The translations under genes were made by a program, and so were the position numbers. A model generated the notes under the pieces. It made no database searches. It was not told where the DNA came from and was given only the letters and a program-made list of their open reading frames with translations. From Savitreella phatthalungensis (taxonomy: Eukaryota), in contig AP039711.1 of assembly GCA_051599415.1 (NCBI GenBank), positions 124,001-188,000 on the forward strand: a stretch of 64,000 bases of DNA, given 5' to 3'. Shown here piece after piece: positions 51,801 through 62,464 of the stretch (its first letter is position 1; the number at the start of each line of letters is the position of its first letter).

Positions 51801-54800
51801 CTGGTAGCAAGTTTACGCCGAGGGGGGAGCGGGACAAGTAGACGATGACTTGCTTCGCGCAGCGCACAAACTTGGGTTCCCGTCTCGCGACACTCTGCGC
51901 CATGATGAAATCAAGAATTACCTTTGCGTTGCCGCTAGTTGGCTTGGCCAGCAGGACCGCCCATAGACCTTCGATCTCATTGAGCAAGGTGTCACTGAAG
52001 CGCAGGGTGATCTCGAAGAGATTGACCAGCACCATATGACTCAGATCATTAGCCTGTTCGTCAGATGCATCGTCCGTGAGCTCGATTGTCTGCAGCCAGG
52101 GCAAGAGAATCGCAACCACGTCCCGCTGAAGCCTCGTTTCCACGAGTCGAAAGAACTTTGAACATTCGCTGAAAAGCAAGAACTTCATCTGTTCGTGGTC
52201 GATCGCTAGGCGGGCGGCGAGCAGGTACTGAGCCTTCTTGTAAATCACTGGGTTCTGATTACAGATCATCGCTTCGAAAGTATCGACGCAAGAAGAGCCA
52301 AAGGCACGCGTCTCGATACTTTTGAGGAGTTCGAGCGTGCGCCGTCGAACCTCGAACGACTTGTCGCCTGCTTTGAAAAGACACAGAGCGACGAGCTGAG
52401 GTAGTGGACAAGGTAGATTCTCTTCCTGCATTAGCACACCGGCTAGCACGAGAAAGTAGCTGCGGGCTGCTCGGGACTCAAAATCGTGCGTGTAACACTG
52501 GTGAACTGCAGCCTGGTAGAGCTTCGGGAAAGATGCATTGTTGCACAACACGGCAGACAAGGCGCGCCTGCCAATCTCGTGCGTCTTCTCCGAAGAGCTG
52601 TTGAACAAGGCGGCGAACCAAGCTAAGAGCGCGTCGATATCTAGCGACATTGTGATCTTTTGCACACCAGCGCTTTCGACGGCCTGATAGATCGGCCCTT
52701 TGCACAGACTAGCCATCGCCTGCAGAGCAGCTTGCTCGACTTGACGCTTCTCGAGCTCCATGGTCGCTGTCAAGGCGCCCTGATCGCGAATATCGCGATG
52801 GCGAGAGATAATGGCTTTGCGCATGTAGTCTGCACGGGCATTGGTGATAGCCTCGGCAGTACCATGACCACACCATTCCTCGACGAGGCGAAAGCATGAG
52901 ATTCGGCCCTCGAATGGAAACAGCTCCTGTGCATTCTCCACGAGGGTCAGACCGTCCCAGATGCCCTTCAAAAGATGGCTGAAGTGTCGGCGGAGGCGCT
53001 GGTGCTCAAAAGAGTTTTGAATGTCGTCCTGCATGAGGTAGACCTTTGTGTCCTTGAGGAAGCCAAGGAGCGTATTGACGATCCACGTATCCGACGACAC
53101 AGACTTGTCTTGCAGAAAGCGGCTGGTGAGCTGAAGGATATTTGTGATCTCCTGACGGAGCAAATCGAGCTTGCGCACGTTACCTCGAGCGGGTGTGCCA
53201 CCCGCCGACTGCTCGGCTAGTAGGCGCATCATTGGACGCAGATCTTCCAACAATGGCTTGAACAGATTGACGTTGATACAGCCCAGTGCTGTCACGACGG
53301 AGTCGCGCACAGGCGAGCTATCGCTTGTGAGGAAAGGCAAAATTAGTGAGAATACTCCACGAGCGCTCGTAATTCGCGTAGCGGATACTGCGGTTTTCTT
53401 TTGCTCCGCTTTCGTTGTCGACTCTTCAGTCGATGTCAAGGTGATACATGCTACCATCAGATACAGTCTCCATTGATCCACAAGACTCTCTGGAGAGCCC
53501 AGAGTCTTTGGCGTCGTCAATGAGACCACGTCGAATGGTGCAGGTGTGCGGATCTGTGCAAGACTTGCTGTGATCATCTCTTGCATACGCGGCAAACGCT
53601 CGCAAATGATGTTGCGCGTGATGACGGTGGTCGTCGGAAAGATTTCGAACGCCCGACGAATAATGTGAGGGAATGCTTTGAACCAAATGGCTGCATCCAC
53701 GCCGCTTTCGGATTCTGCTACCACCTTCAGTACTGTCTCCTGCTCGTGACGTAGCTTTGTCACTCGGCCACGTTCGGCGACGGAAGCATTGTCAAGGCTG
53801 CGCATCAGGATTTCGCCGCTCTCATTCTCGAGCACGTCGATGATGCGCAGATCAGCCTGTGTAGCGCCACCGTCTGACGCATCAAACTCTTTGACCAGAC
53901 TCAGTATCTTGATCGCGGCACCTCGGAGGAGTCGCGACTGGCTGCAGAGAAGAAGCATTCCTGCAGCCTCAGCTTCGTCCACAATGGGCCATACAGTGTT
54001 GAGCAACATTCCCTGATTCTTGATTTCGCCATTTGCAGTATTCTCGGGTGTCGAGGCTTTCTGGTTTGTGCTCGCCACATCCTCACGTACTTGTCCGAGC
54101 CATGTCCTTAGGAGATCCAAGTAAAGCTCGATGCGATCTTGCATTCCCGGACGTGGTCGTCCATCCGCTCTGAGGATGACCCGTGTGTAGGCTGCGACGA
54201 TGGGCTGGGCGTGCCTTCTGCGCGAGAGCCCGAGTAGTGCGGATCGCGCTGCCAGTTGTGCATCAGCATCGCCAGACTGCGTTGCTCGACAGAGCAATTC
54301 GACTAGCTTGGCAGAGATGTGCTTCGGCGAGAGTACGACTGGGGCGATGTTCAAGGCGACAACTGCTAGCTCCAGGTACGCGTAGCGATCGCGTCCGTGG
54401 AGACCTTGTACCATTGGACTCATGACTGCTGTTGGTGTACGAAGTGGTTGATCCAAATCATCGTTTAGGAGATTCTCCAAGAGATAAAGCAGTCTAACGA
54501 CTGCATCACCGATGCTCTGCCGGTGGTGCTCAAATGTGGTTGCCAGGACTCCTTTCAGTGGTGTCTGGGACAGATCCACATCCTCCTTCGTTGTATCTGT
54601 GAATTCGACGGGAAAAGGCGAATCACCACCACTTCGAGCTCCGACGACTGCGATGGTATGTATAGCCGAAAGAGCGAGAGTCGCCCGATCAGCATTAACG
54701 TTATCGAGCGAGACGCGATCATTGCGCTGCAGGTCGTGGCCGATGAAGTCATTAAGCAAGAGCTTGAATGTCTGCTCCGGGAAGCGAAGTCCGAGGTAGC

Positions 54801-56262
54801 TCGCGGCTGTCACAACTGGTAGCTTTGGCACGTCACTAGGTTGCGCGACGACACGTCTCGTGACTGGACAGGTCAACCTGAGAAGGGCTTCGAACCTCGG
54901 GAACAGGGTCGTCAGAGGTTCAGCAGCTCTGAAGCACGCCACCCACATCAACCGCGCGATCGCCTCGACGTACGCCAATTGCGAGAATTTCTCCTTCAAT
55001 CGAGAAGCGTTGGCTTCTAGCAACGGATACCACCGAGAGCTAAATTGCTGCTGTGGACTGACGCAGAGCACGGTGCAGCACAGCGGAAACGCCACATCCC
55101 AGTATTTGCCCTTCTCGAGCATCTTGACGGCACGTGGATAAAGTACACCTGTGGCCTCGACCCATTGTGGGAAGCTCACTTCGGCGGTTGCCACGCCGGC
55201 GACAGGCAACAAGATGCGATTGAGGACGGAGGCGTATGCGCGCTTGATGCGGAAGCCATGAGACTCGATGAAGAATTTCGATAGACTCAGCACAAACTCG
55301 GCAGAATCCTCAAGATACTGGGCAGGGTATAACCGGAGCTTCAAGTGCCGCATCCCGGTGATGAGCATCTCAACAAAGGTTTCTCGATCTTTTTGAATCA
55401 TGCCGCGGCCGTACTTTTCAATGTCGGCAATGAAGCGGTCAGACACACTGACGAAGCGAATTGCAGACAGAGCTCCGAGTAGCTCGACGAACAGATTCCA
55501 ATTTGCCAGTCTCAGTGGCGACTGCATGAGAAGATCGGGATCGGCGCTTCGAAGCTGGTTGTAGACAATCTCTTCAAGCTTCTCACCGACTTCAACCGAG
55601 AGTGCAGTCTCATTGACCTGCTTGATGAGCTCGATGAGGGTCCGACAGAGGATATAGATGGACACCAAACCTTTACGGTCGGCCAGGATTGAGGCCTCTC
55701 GTGCTGCCAGGGCTGCGGCGGCATCGGCATTGGCCGTATTTGTCCTACTGAGAGACGGCCTCATCTCATGCCGACGGCTTGCGGCCTCTTCAGGGACGAT
55801 GTGAGAGCCAGAGTCAGAGCGAAGTTCAGCGCGAGACTTGCGCCAAAACATGACACTGTCAATGACGGGTTTCGGGTTCTGTTTAGCAATGAACGCAAGG
55901 TTGCGAAGGACCTTGTCGAATGCGACGTCTGCACCAGATGCCATGGCTGCGGCAACGTCCGGCTCTTGATCAGTGGCCGAAGTGACGATCGAGTTGATTT
56001 TACGCTCTGCAAGGCGTACGAAAGAGGTGAAGACGACATGCAAGGCGTAAGTGAACGGGCTCTTGTTGCTGTCGTCTGGGACGTCCTCCTTTGTGACGCT
56101 ATTGAAATTGGCGCCTGAGCTACCTGGTGGTGGAGACAGGGGCACGGACGTCTTTGCACGGATGGGCGATGGTCTAACCCGTGCGACCTGAGGTGAGGAC
56201 ATTTGTCTGCCGTGTAGTACGGGACGGCCTGTGAGCGCGGCCATCCTAGCATTGTCGCTCAT
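48880..56262 (-). CDS. TAO3: RAM/MOR network scaffold Tao3/Pag1/Mor2 (Furry family), 2460 aa
   Basis: YALHVVFTSFV..AE.KI, PKPVIDSVMFWRK, SIYILCRTLIE, WATSCPVRHMACRAFQ, DMLARLSNTIAD, GADLISPLLRLLQT, TRANIHAVF. Confidence 0.95.
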   Translation of the reverse strand: MSDNARMAALTGRPVLHGRQMSSPQVARVRPSPIRAKTSVPLSPPPGSSGANFNSVTKEDVPDDSNKSPFTYALHVVFTSFVRLAERKINSIVTSATDQEPDVAAAMASGADVAFDKVLRNLAFIAKQNPKPVIDSVMFWRKSRAELRSDSGSHIVPEEAASRRHEMRPSLSRTNTANADAAAALAAREASILADRKGLVSIYILCRTLIELIKQVNETALSVEVGEKLEEIVYNQLRSADPDLLMQSPLRLANWNLFVELLGALSAIRFVSVSDRFIADIEKYGRGMIQKDRETFVEMLITGMRHLKLRLYPAQYLEDSAEFVLSLSKFFIESHGFRIKRAYASVLNRILLPVAGVATAEVSFPQWVEATGVLYPRAVKMLEKGKYWDVAFPLCCTVLCVSPQQQFSSRWYPLLEANASRLKEKFSQLAYVEAIARLMWVACFRAAEPLTTLFPRFEALLRLTCPVTRRVVAQPSDVPKLPVVTAASYLGLRFPEQTFKLLLNDFIGHDLQRNDRVSLDNVNADRATLALSAIHTIAVVGARSGGDSPFPVEFTDTTKEDVDLSQTPLKGVLATTFEHHRQSIGDAVVRLLYLLENLLNDDLDQPLRTPTAVMSPMVQGLHGRDRYAYLELAVVALNIAPVVLSPKHISAKLVELLCRATQSGDADAQLAARSALLGLSRRRHAQPIVAAYTRVILRADGRPRPGMQDRIELYLDLLRTWLGQVREDVASTNQKASTPENTANGEIKNQGMLLNTVWPIVDEAEAAGMLLLCSQSRLLRGAAIKILSLVKEFDASDGGATQADLRIIDVLENESGEILMRSLDNASVAERGRVTKLRHEQETVLKVVAESESGVDAAIWFKAFPHIIRRAFEIFPTTTVITRNIICERLPRMQEMITASLAQIRTPAPFDVVSLTTPKTLGSPESLVDQWRLYLMVACITLTSTEESTTKAEQKKTAVSATRITSARGVFSLILPFLTSDSSPVRDSVVTALGCINVNLFKPLLEDLRPMMRLLAEQSAGGTPARGNVRKLDLLRQEITNILQLTSRFLQDKSVSSDTWIVNTLLGFLKDTKVYLMQDDIQNSFEHQRLRRHFSHLLKGIWDGLTLVENAQELFPFEGRISCFRLVEEWCGHGTAEAITNARADYMRKAIISRHRDIRDQGALTATMELEKRQVEQAALQAMASLCKGPIYQAVESAGVQKITMSLDIDALLAWFAALFNSSSEKTHEIGRRALSAVLCNNASFPKLYQAAVHQCYTHDFESRAARSYFLVLAGVLMQEENLPCPLPQLVALCLFKAGDKSFEVRRRTLELLKSIETRAFGSSCVDTFEAMICNQNPVIYKKAQYLLAARLAIDHEQMKFLLFSECSKFFRLVETRLQRDVVAILLPWLQTIELTDDASDEQANDLSHMVLVNLFEITLRFSDTLLNEIEGLWAVLLAKPTSGNAKVILDFIMAQSVARREPKFVRCAKQVIVYLSRSPLGVNLLPALLLHLEPRSMIPLLREAQRPSLEGLQLPYVADLDRVFDVQQRGVVFSLGQLALVFIVDLLVEPVPGLVTHVPLMLQAVFVMLDHYIPLVQEQARELLMYLGYNLTMHVDTDPERRAQAVEFLKSIRQRESKGFWAYDELACPDLPKRVPANLGPMVEKVLTICEGAVPDLRRTWSKLALQWATSCPVRHMACRAFQVYRCLAVDVSQETLADMLARLSNTIADDSKDIEAFAMEILYTMHHVVASMEAKDFASLPQLFWATAACLDTIHEDEFMEACKIIDLIIAKVDLAAEENVDFLLSQKPSQWDGAFAGLFRPLLKGVRSEQCSDSCLRLLNQLIRIPSNPVVGGDSRMLDCLLHNLPVFVREIGEGGLSPESESAANAMAIVAQAQGHESLSRTLTSVAKGRFRNSEEFAKQIVGAIRSTFLPQHEAHVLITWLGLLSHRAQWMKVCTMDLLKALLPYADTSRVEFAGVGADLISPLLRLLQTELAPQALEVLDKAIAIRSGPKDRQVLRMSLGNRLIRKEYEKTATLFGIPEDSGWAIPMPLVAAASTRANIHAVFYTCTPEDAQADDTSLKPVQFHIEEYNYRAPSDRSDTMMSIDATESNLGDMVSALHNLDVFFAEDSTVGAAKTAVATGPNHVADAAPATVYDSRVAAILARSLTRTPSTSSFTSPGFDTSPQRNKKAPASPSTDRVTVGSPLASGYAFPRQARPGVTPPYVATHGKGSSADQPGFLSPSRQRIDCGTFDDGKQHNVSTATTVVEDNRSEASFKLDTLLRSEAPKLHAANKTSSRKQQNGPPVFPADSFNDTLASSLLPAAAAAAAQSARSGGKSVRQRLWASSDKHKQAAAAAANAMTQQQQRTGGSASTAQSPESESGLDKRSPRGSPGIFTSAAGDLSSSAAVSPAFDEPPEKESKRARAARALRRSKTPEPGMHHHHNLHNNSNNSSGNHVSPPQPAASGQGGYFWSKG

Positions 56263-56954
56263 CGTGGATGCTGCACGCGCTCACGGGACATTATCATGAC
56301 AATTGGAGGAGGGAACTGGTTGGAAGGAGCGGTCCGATCGTGTGTGCTGATCGATCCTGATCTTTGAAGCTTAGCTGCTGGGATGATTGCAGATGTCAAG
56401 AATGCGCATAGATGTGGGCGATCCAGAAGAGCGCGTGTCCGAGACTTGTTCCCGTGATTCTGTCGCTAGCAAGGTGGAAAGCCAAGGTGAAGAAGAGTGC
56501 GGCTGTTTTCCGACCTGGTCTGCCGTACTGTGAACAGAATGCACAGCACCACCGCCCTTGTATAGAGCTAAGTAACGTATCAATAGAGAGAGTCCAAGTG
56601 ATGTTCTGTACAATTGTCTTGTCTCCTCGTCCCGTACTTACGTAGGTGCTGCTGCTATTACTGCTGTTGGTAAAACTACGCCAAGCACGAGACCAAAAAT
56701 AGCAACCTGATCTCCCTTTCACTGTAGCTAGCTAAGTACGCATATGTCTGTGGGTACAGTATGATAATTCTGAATAGAAATTATGATGGAGTCACCGGTG
56801 TGATCCAGTAGAGTCCACTAGGGTACACGTGTGTGTACAGCATTTACAGCTATATATAGCTATAGCTAGGCATATACGCAGCGAATTCACGTATGCCGTA
56901 CAGGACTGCAGGATGTTGGAAACTGAAGTAGTACTAATTTAAATTATTTTGAAT

Positions 56955-57018
56955 TATTGGATGCATAAACATAAATTTATGTATTGGGTGCATAAACATG
57001 TATTGGATGCATAAACAT
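56955..57018. repeat. Three near-identical copies of TATTGGRTGCATAAACAT
   Basis: Copies at 56955, 56982 and 57001 in the AT-rich divergent TAO3/SYN8 spacer. Confidence 0.85.
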
Positions 57019-57562
57019 GTTTGATGTCTGTTGACACGCGCGCGCCTTTTGGTGCTGGTCAATAGGATCACGAAAATTCAATCAATTCAATCGATCCAAA
57101 TTTAATGCAAATCTGAATTGACGTTTCGATCCTGTATACTTCCTGATTGATTGGCAACTAGTATATGCGCACATACGTCAACGTACCGTGCAGCGATTAA
57201 TTCAACCACATGTATGTGTCTCTGTACGTATGCATCACAGTCTGTACGTGTGCATCAGTCAACATGCATCACTGCATCAACTCCAACACACTTTGTAGCA
57301 AGCGAACAAGCACGGGAATCGATTAACGCACAGTAACTACCCTGTCCACGCGATTGTCATTCACTCCAGTGAAGCACAGTGAAAGCGCCAGCTTCTAGAA
57401 TCCCTCTCATACCGAGATCAATCCGGTCATTCAGCTACAGCGCTTGTGAGTACAGCCTCGCAAGAATATATATTTGAAGGGTCTGCGGGCGCACGTGATA
57501 AGATCTCCAGACTGGCCACGACGAATTGATTCTGCCTCTAGAGAAGTAGGTGATCGGAAGAG

Positions 57563-58300
57563 ATGTCGTCGAGACTCAGGCTTCTCGCAGACCAACTACG
57601 CATTTCAATCCTTGAGCGTAACAGGCTTGTCCTGCTCGGAGTCGAGCCATCTCAAGATGACGAGGAGGAGATGCAACACTCACTGGAGACCTTGCGTACA
57701 GGGATCACTCATTTGACGGATGCCCCAAGGGAGGAGGTAGCAACGTTGCGTCAGGAGCTGCGCGAGCTCGAGAGACAGTTCAAAAACAGTGAGGCAGTCG
57801 ACCTGGAATCACAACCCTACCGGGATGATCCCTCAGCAGACTCCCGCTCCGGGTCCGGCTCGGGCTCGCGCTCGGCCGGCTTCCTGCCCTACCACGACGA
57901 TCCGGAGGCCGCAAGGACTGCACTGTTGACATCGTCGACGCGGAAAAGTGTCAGATTCAGCGAGACGCCTGCGAGCCCTGACCTCGCCTCCCGCGATGTC
58001 TCGAATGAAGGGCTGTTATCGGCGCAGCAGCAGATGATGCGGGAACAGGATGATTCACTCGAAGTACTATCTCGCTCGATCGGCAGGCAACGTGAGCTCA
58101 GCATTCAGATTGGCGACGAGCTTGACGAGCAAGGAGAGTTGATTGACGACGTCGACGGACACGTCACCCGGAGTCAAAATCGGCTTGACCAGGCGAGAAC
58201 GAGATTGACCGCCTTCAGTAGGAAAGCAAAGGCCAACTCTCATCTGAGCATCATCATCACGCTCTTGGTCGTCCTCATTCTGCTCATGACGATATTGTGA
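57563..58300 (+). CDS. SYN8: Syntaxin-8-like Qc-SNARE (Syn8/Fsv1)
   Basis: L.LLAD...IS+LER.R N-terminus, SNARE motif EQDDSLE.LSRSIGRQRELSIQIGDELDEQ, C-terminal TM. Confidence 0.88.
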   Translation: MSSRLRLLADQLRISILERNRLVLLGVEPSQDDEEEMQHSLETLRTGITHLTDAPREEVATLRQELRELERQFKNSEAVDLESQPYRDDPSADSRSGSGSGSRSAGFLPYHDDPEAARTALLTSSTRKSVRFSETPASPDLASRDVSNEGLLSAQQQMMREQDDSLEVLSRSIGRQRELSIQIGDELDEQGELIDDVDGHVTRSQNRLDQARTRLTAFSRKAKANSHLSIIITLLVVLILLMTIL

Positions 58301-59538
58301 GCGGAAGAGATGGCGCACAATCTCGCTCTGCAAAGGTCTTGCCACAACCCACCTGTCTATTCTTATCTAGCGTCTGGCGGTCTGTATACTATTGATGTCC
58401 AATTGAAGCTGATGCAGCTCGAGATGTGCAATACCGGGTGAATTCGACGACAGCTGTGAATTAGATCTTGCAGCGTCGTTGTGCTATGAACTGTATTGTT
58501 CGGGTTCAGACGATTATGATTAACGACAAGGAGGTGGGATGATGCGTGATCGAGATCAGACGGATCACGGTTTACCGAAGCCGGATGCCGGATGCTGGCG
58601 GCCGCAGAACGGTTGTCACGCGAGCTCTCACCAAAGGAGACAGACGATCTGGGCAAACAATCTGGACTAGTCGATCACATAACAGTCGGGACAGATGTTT
58701 GATGACCTCTTTTGCGCCGTGGATCCGCCTGGTTGCCGCCGATCCGTCCGTCCTTTCGCTGGCTTACGTTACGTTTAGCAGTGGGAAATGCTAGATCAGA
58801 CCGCCTGCCAGTTGATTCTGATGCAAATTCCAGATGATTGATCGATCAATCAATCAAGCTCGAGCAGAATAATTCGAAAACTATATCTCTCTCGGCTCAT
58901 CGGAAATCCCACCTCCACCTTGAATAATCAATCACATGTCAATGCCATCTCGCCAAGCAAAGTCGAATTCGGACGCGGGTGAATCAATATTATGTTTGTG
59001 GTAGTAGAAGCCCCTGGGGTCTACATAAATAAATACTAGGTCGATTCCACTAGCTTGACAGCATAAGTGGTCAGGCGGGGTTCTTACCACTGAATGCAAA
59101 TTGAAATCAAGATCGATCGATCGGTCATTGCAACGAAACTTAGGGCAGTTGCCGACCTCCCACAGATTCAGCTGGATCAATCAAAAGCACGAGATTGAAT
59201 TTCATTGTCTCGAACAAGTAAACTAAATTTTCATCCCCTTCGACCATCAACAATAAAACTCACACTCACTCCGCTCGTTCAGTCAGTCAATCAATCAATC
59301 GATCAAATCATCTGCAGTCATCAGACAATTTGTGAAAACGGCTCATATCGATCGAGTGAAGGAGAAAGAAAAAAAAGTCAGGCTATTCTCGTACAACGTA
59401 AGCAGCACCGGGGTAATACAACAACAGCCGCCCACCTCGCCAGCTGAATCAACACCCATCAGTCCCATTCTAGCCAGTACATCGACCAGACATCTCTGAA
59501 GAAAATCAGGACCCTCGAGTGCGATCATCACAGGGAAG

Positions 59539-61626
59539 ATGCCATCATCATCAGGTCGTCGGATAGAGACATCTGATTTCGTCATCCTCTTCCTGGTGGC
59601 GGTAGCGACAATCGCCTACTTCACAAAAGGCAAACTCTGGGCAAAGCCAAAGACCCTCGATCTCAGCAAGACGAGCGCTGGTAGGGCTCTAGCGAATGGT
59701 CATGCCCCAGGCTCCGGCAAGTCGCGCAGCATCGTTGAAAAGATGAAGGCCAGCGACAAGAACTGCGTCGTCTTTTATGGCTCTCAGACTGGTACCGCTG
59801 AAGACTACGCAGGCAGACTCGCGAAAGAAGGTCATCGCCGATTCGGCCTCAAGACGATGATTGCGGACATGGAAGAATACGATTATGACGATTTGGACGA
59901 ATTTCCGGAGGATGCTGTTGCCTGTTTCGTCGTGGCAACCTACGGAGAAGGAGAGCCGACAGACAATGCAGTCGCCTTCTTCGACTTTATCAAATCAGAG
60001 GATTCGACAATCGGATCTCGCTCGGCAGAGGATGCTCCGCTGGCTAATCTGAAGTATGTCACATTCGGTCTCGGAAACAAGACCTACGAGCACTACAACG
60101 AGGTTGTCAAGATCTGCGACACAGAGCTGACCCGGTGGGGCGCACAGCGCGTCGGCACTGTTGGCATGGGAGACGATGGCGACGGCTCTATGGAGGAAGA
60201 CTACCTGGCGTGGAAGGAGACTATGTGGGTTGCTCTTACAGAGGTGATGTCTCTCGAAGAGCGCGAGACAAGCTATGAGCCAGCATTTGATGTAGTCGAG
60301 GATGCAGAGCTTACGACTGCCAGCTCCGAGGTGTTCCTTGGTGAACCGAGCAAGAAGCACCTTACCCGAGCAGCAAAGCCCTACAATGCTAACAATCCGT
60401 TCCTCGCTCCTGTCGCACAAGCTCGCGAGCTATTCACCGTCAAGGACAGGCATTGTCTTCATATCGAATTCGACCTCAGCAACTCTGGCATCAAGTACAA
60501 GACAGGAGACCATATCGCAGTCTGGCCGACGAATCCGGATGTCGAAGTCGATCGTCTCGAGCGCTTGCTTGGCCTGGAGAACAAGCGGGATACGGTGGTC
60601 AAACTTAAAGCGCTCGACACTACAGCAAAAGTTCCGGTGCCGCAGCCGTCCACATATGACTCTATCTTACGCTACTATCTCGAGATCAACGCTGCTGTGT
60701 CTCGTCAGTTCCTTTCTACACTCGTCCAATTTGCACCGAATGATAGTGCGAAGCAAGAGCTTACGAAGCTCTCTCAAGACCGCGAGTATTTCCATGCTAA
60801 GGTCGCCCTTCCGCATCTGAATCTTGCACAGCTGATGGAATCGTTAGCTCCGAGCTGGCCAAATTTGCCATTTAGCATTTTCTTGGAGACTTTCAGCCGG
60901 CTGCAGCCACGCTACTACTCTATTTCGTCCTCAAACGTTGCTTCCCCGTCAGCAATCACAATCACAGCCGTCGTTGAAAGCCAGTCATTTGCTGGACATG
61001 AGAACATCTTGCACGGTGTGACGACCAACTACCTACTCGCGCTGGCTCAGCACCGCAACGGCGCCACGGAGCCTCACCCACACGGCCTGACTTACAAGCT
61101 CGATGGTCCACGCGACAAGTATGCCGGTGGCAAAGTGCCTGTCCACGTGCGCCAATCGAACTTCCGTCTTCCGTCAGAGCCGAGCGTGCCGATCGTGATG
61201 ATTGGTCCCGGTACAGGTGTGGCACCGTTCAGGGCGTTTGTGCAGGAGCGTGCAGAGCAGTCGAAGGAGGAAGGCGTCCAGGTGGGCAAATCGATCCTCT
61301 TCTATGGTTGCAGAAAGGCAGAAGAGGACTATATTTATCAGAAGGAGTGGCAAGAGTACAAAGGTGTGCTTGGAGACTCATTCGATCTCGATGTTGCGTT
61401 CTCTCGTCAGACTCCAGGCAAAAAAGTCTATGTACAGCACCGGCTCGCCGATCGCGCGGCGGAAGTCAAGCAGCTCTTGCTCGAGCACGGCGCCTTTTTC
61501 TACATCTGTGGAGACGCTGCCAATATGGCTCGCGAAGTCAATGCAGCGCTCGTCAGCATGATTGGCGAAGATCAGGTCAAGCAGCTCAGAGCGAGTGGCC
61601 GCTTGCAGGAGGATGTATGGAGCTAA
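59539..61626 (+). CDS. NCP1: NADPH-cytochrome P450 reductase
   Basis: N-terminal anchor; FYGSQTGTAEDYA, ATYGEGEPTDNA, LQPRYYSISSS, MIGPGTGVAPFR, YICGDA, terminal EDVWS. Confidence 0.98.
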   Translation: MPSSSGRRIETSDFVILFLVAVATIAYFTKGKLWAKPKTLDLSKTSAGRALANGHAPGSGKSRSIVEKMKASDKNCVVFYGSQTGTAEDYAGRLAKEGHRRFGLKTMIADMEEYDYDDLDEFPEDAVACFVVATYGEGEPTDNAVAFFDFIKSEDSTIGSRSAEDAPLANLKYVTFGLGNKTYEHYNEVVKICDTELTRWGAQRVGTVGMGDDGDGSMEEDYLAWKETMWVALTEVMSLEERETSYEPAFDVVEDAELTTASSEVFLGEPSKKHLTRAAKPYNANNPFLAPVAQARELFTVKDRHCLHIEFDLSNSGIKYKTGDHIAVWPTNPDVEVDRLERLLGLENKRDTVVKLKALDTTAKVPVPQPSTYDSILRYYLEINAAVSRQFLSTLVQFAPNDSAKQELTKLSQDREYFHAKVALPHLNLAQLMESLAPSWPNLPFSIFLETFSRLQPRYYSISSSNVASPSAITITAVVESQSFAGHENILHGVTTNYLLALAQHRNGATEPHPHGLTYKLDGPRDKYAGGKVPVHVRQSNFRLPSEPSVPIVMIGPGTGVAPFRAFVQERAEQSKEEGVQVGKSILFYGCRKAEEDYIYQKEWQEYKGVLGDSFDLDVAFSRQTPGKKVYVQHRLADRAAEVKQLLLEHGAFFYICGDAANMAREVNAALVSMIGEDQVKQLRASGRLQEDVWS

Positions 61627-62464
61627 GCTCGATCCCTATCGAAGAAGCAGCGACGAACCATGACGTTTTCTCTTCTACCACTGGATCTCGGGTTGTATAG
61701 TGAATCAATTCAACAATGCAGGATGAGCTCATCGTGCCTGATGTCGATATCTCGCGTGTGTTTGAAAGGCGTTTCACGTGTCTATTTGGGGAGTGCGTTC
61801 GCCATGTAGCGTGCTCCCGAGACGTGGAGATACGTCTTGCTCAGATCGTGTAGGTCGATCGGTCGATCGCGTGTGGGCGCGTATGCAAGTCTTGCTCTCG
61901 TTCCATGCAGGAGCTACCTGTGTGACTGAAGTTCTTGCTCTCGTGTACGGCGGAAGCTACCTGGCTGGCTGCTTTGGTGATATAAGCTATTTATAGTCAT
62001 CCCGCGCGTGTCTGTGAGCGAGCGTGGCAAGCGTACGCAACATTCACTTGATTAATCGAACCGTACAGCAATTAATCGAGCTGCTCTTGAATCATGGACG
62101 AGTCATGTCATGCCTAGCTTTTGTTTGATCAGCCAGAATCAGTCAGAGCACCAAACCATCCGATAGCCCGATCCTAGCTCATTGACCTGTGCAATCACAT
62201 GCGATTGATCGAGCTATGACGTTCCAAGTCGAATGAGGCTCAATTCCGGTTAATTGATGCCTTGACAATTCCAAGTAAACTTGCTCAATAAGTAGCCGTG
62301 ACATCCTCGCATACAGCTTCAGACAGCTTCTTATCGACACTGCACAGCTACCACTCGACTCGGATCGCTGCACAACACTCGCTTCACTGTCTGCTTAAGG
62401 TTGCAGCATCCACTTCAGACCGTTATTGACTGACTGCGCTCGAGTATCCAACTTACTGATTCTC

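Noticed and set aside
59398..59473. Possible 5'-UTR intron upstream of the P450 reductase (GTAAGC donor)
   Set aside because: No convincing CTRAY branch site near the candidate acceptors.
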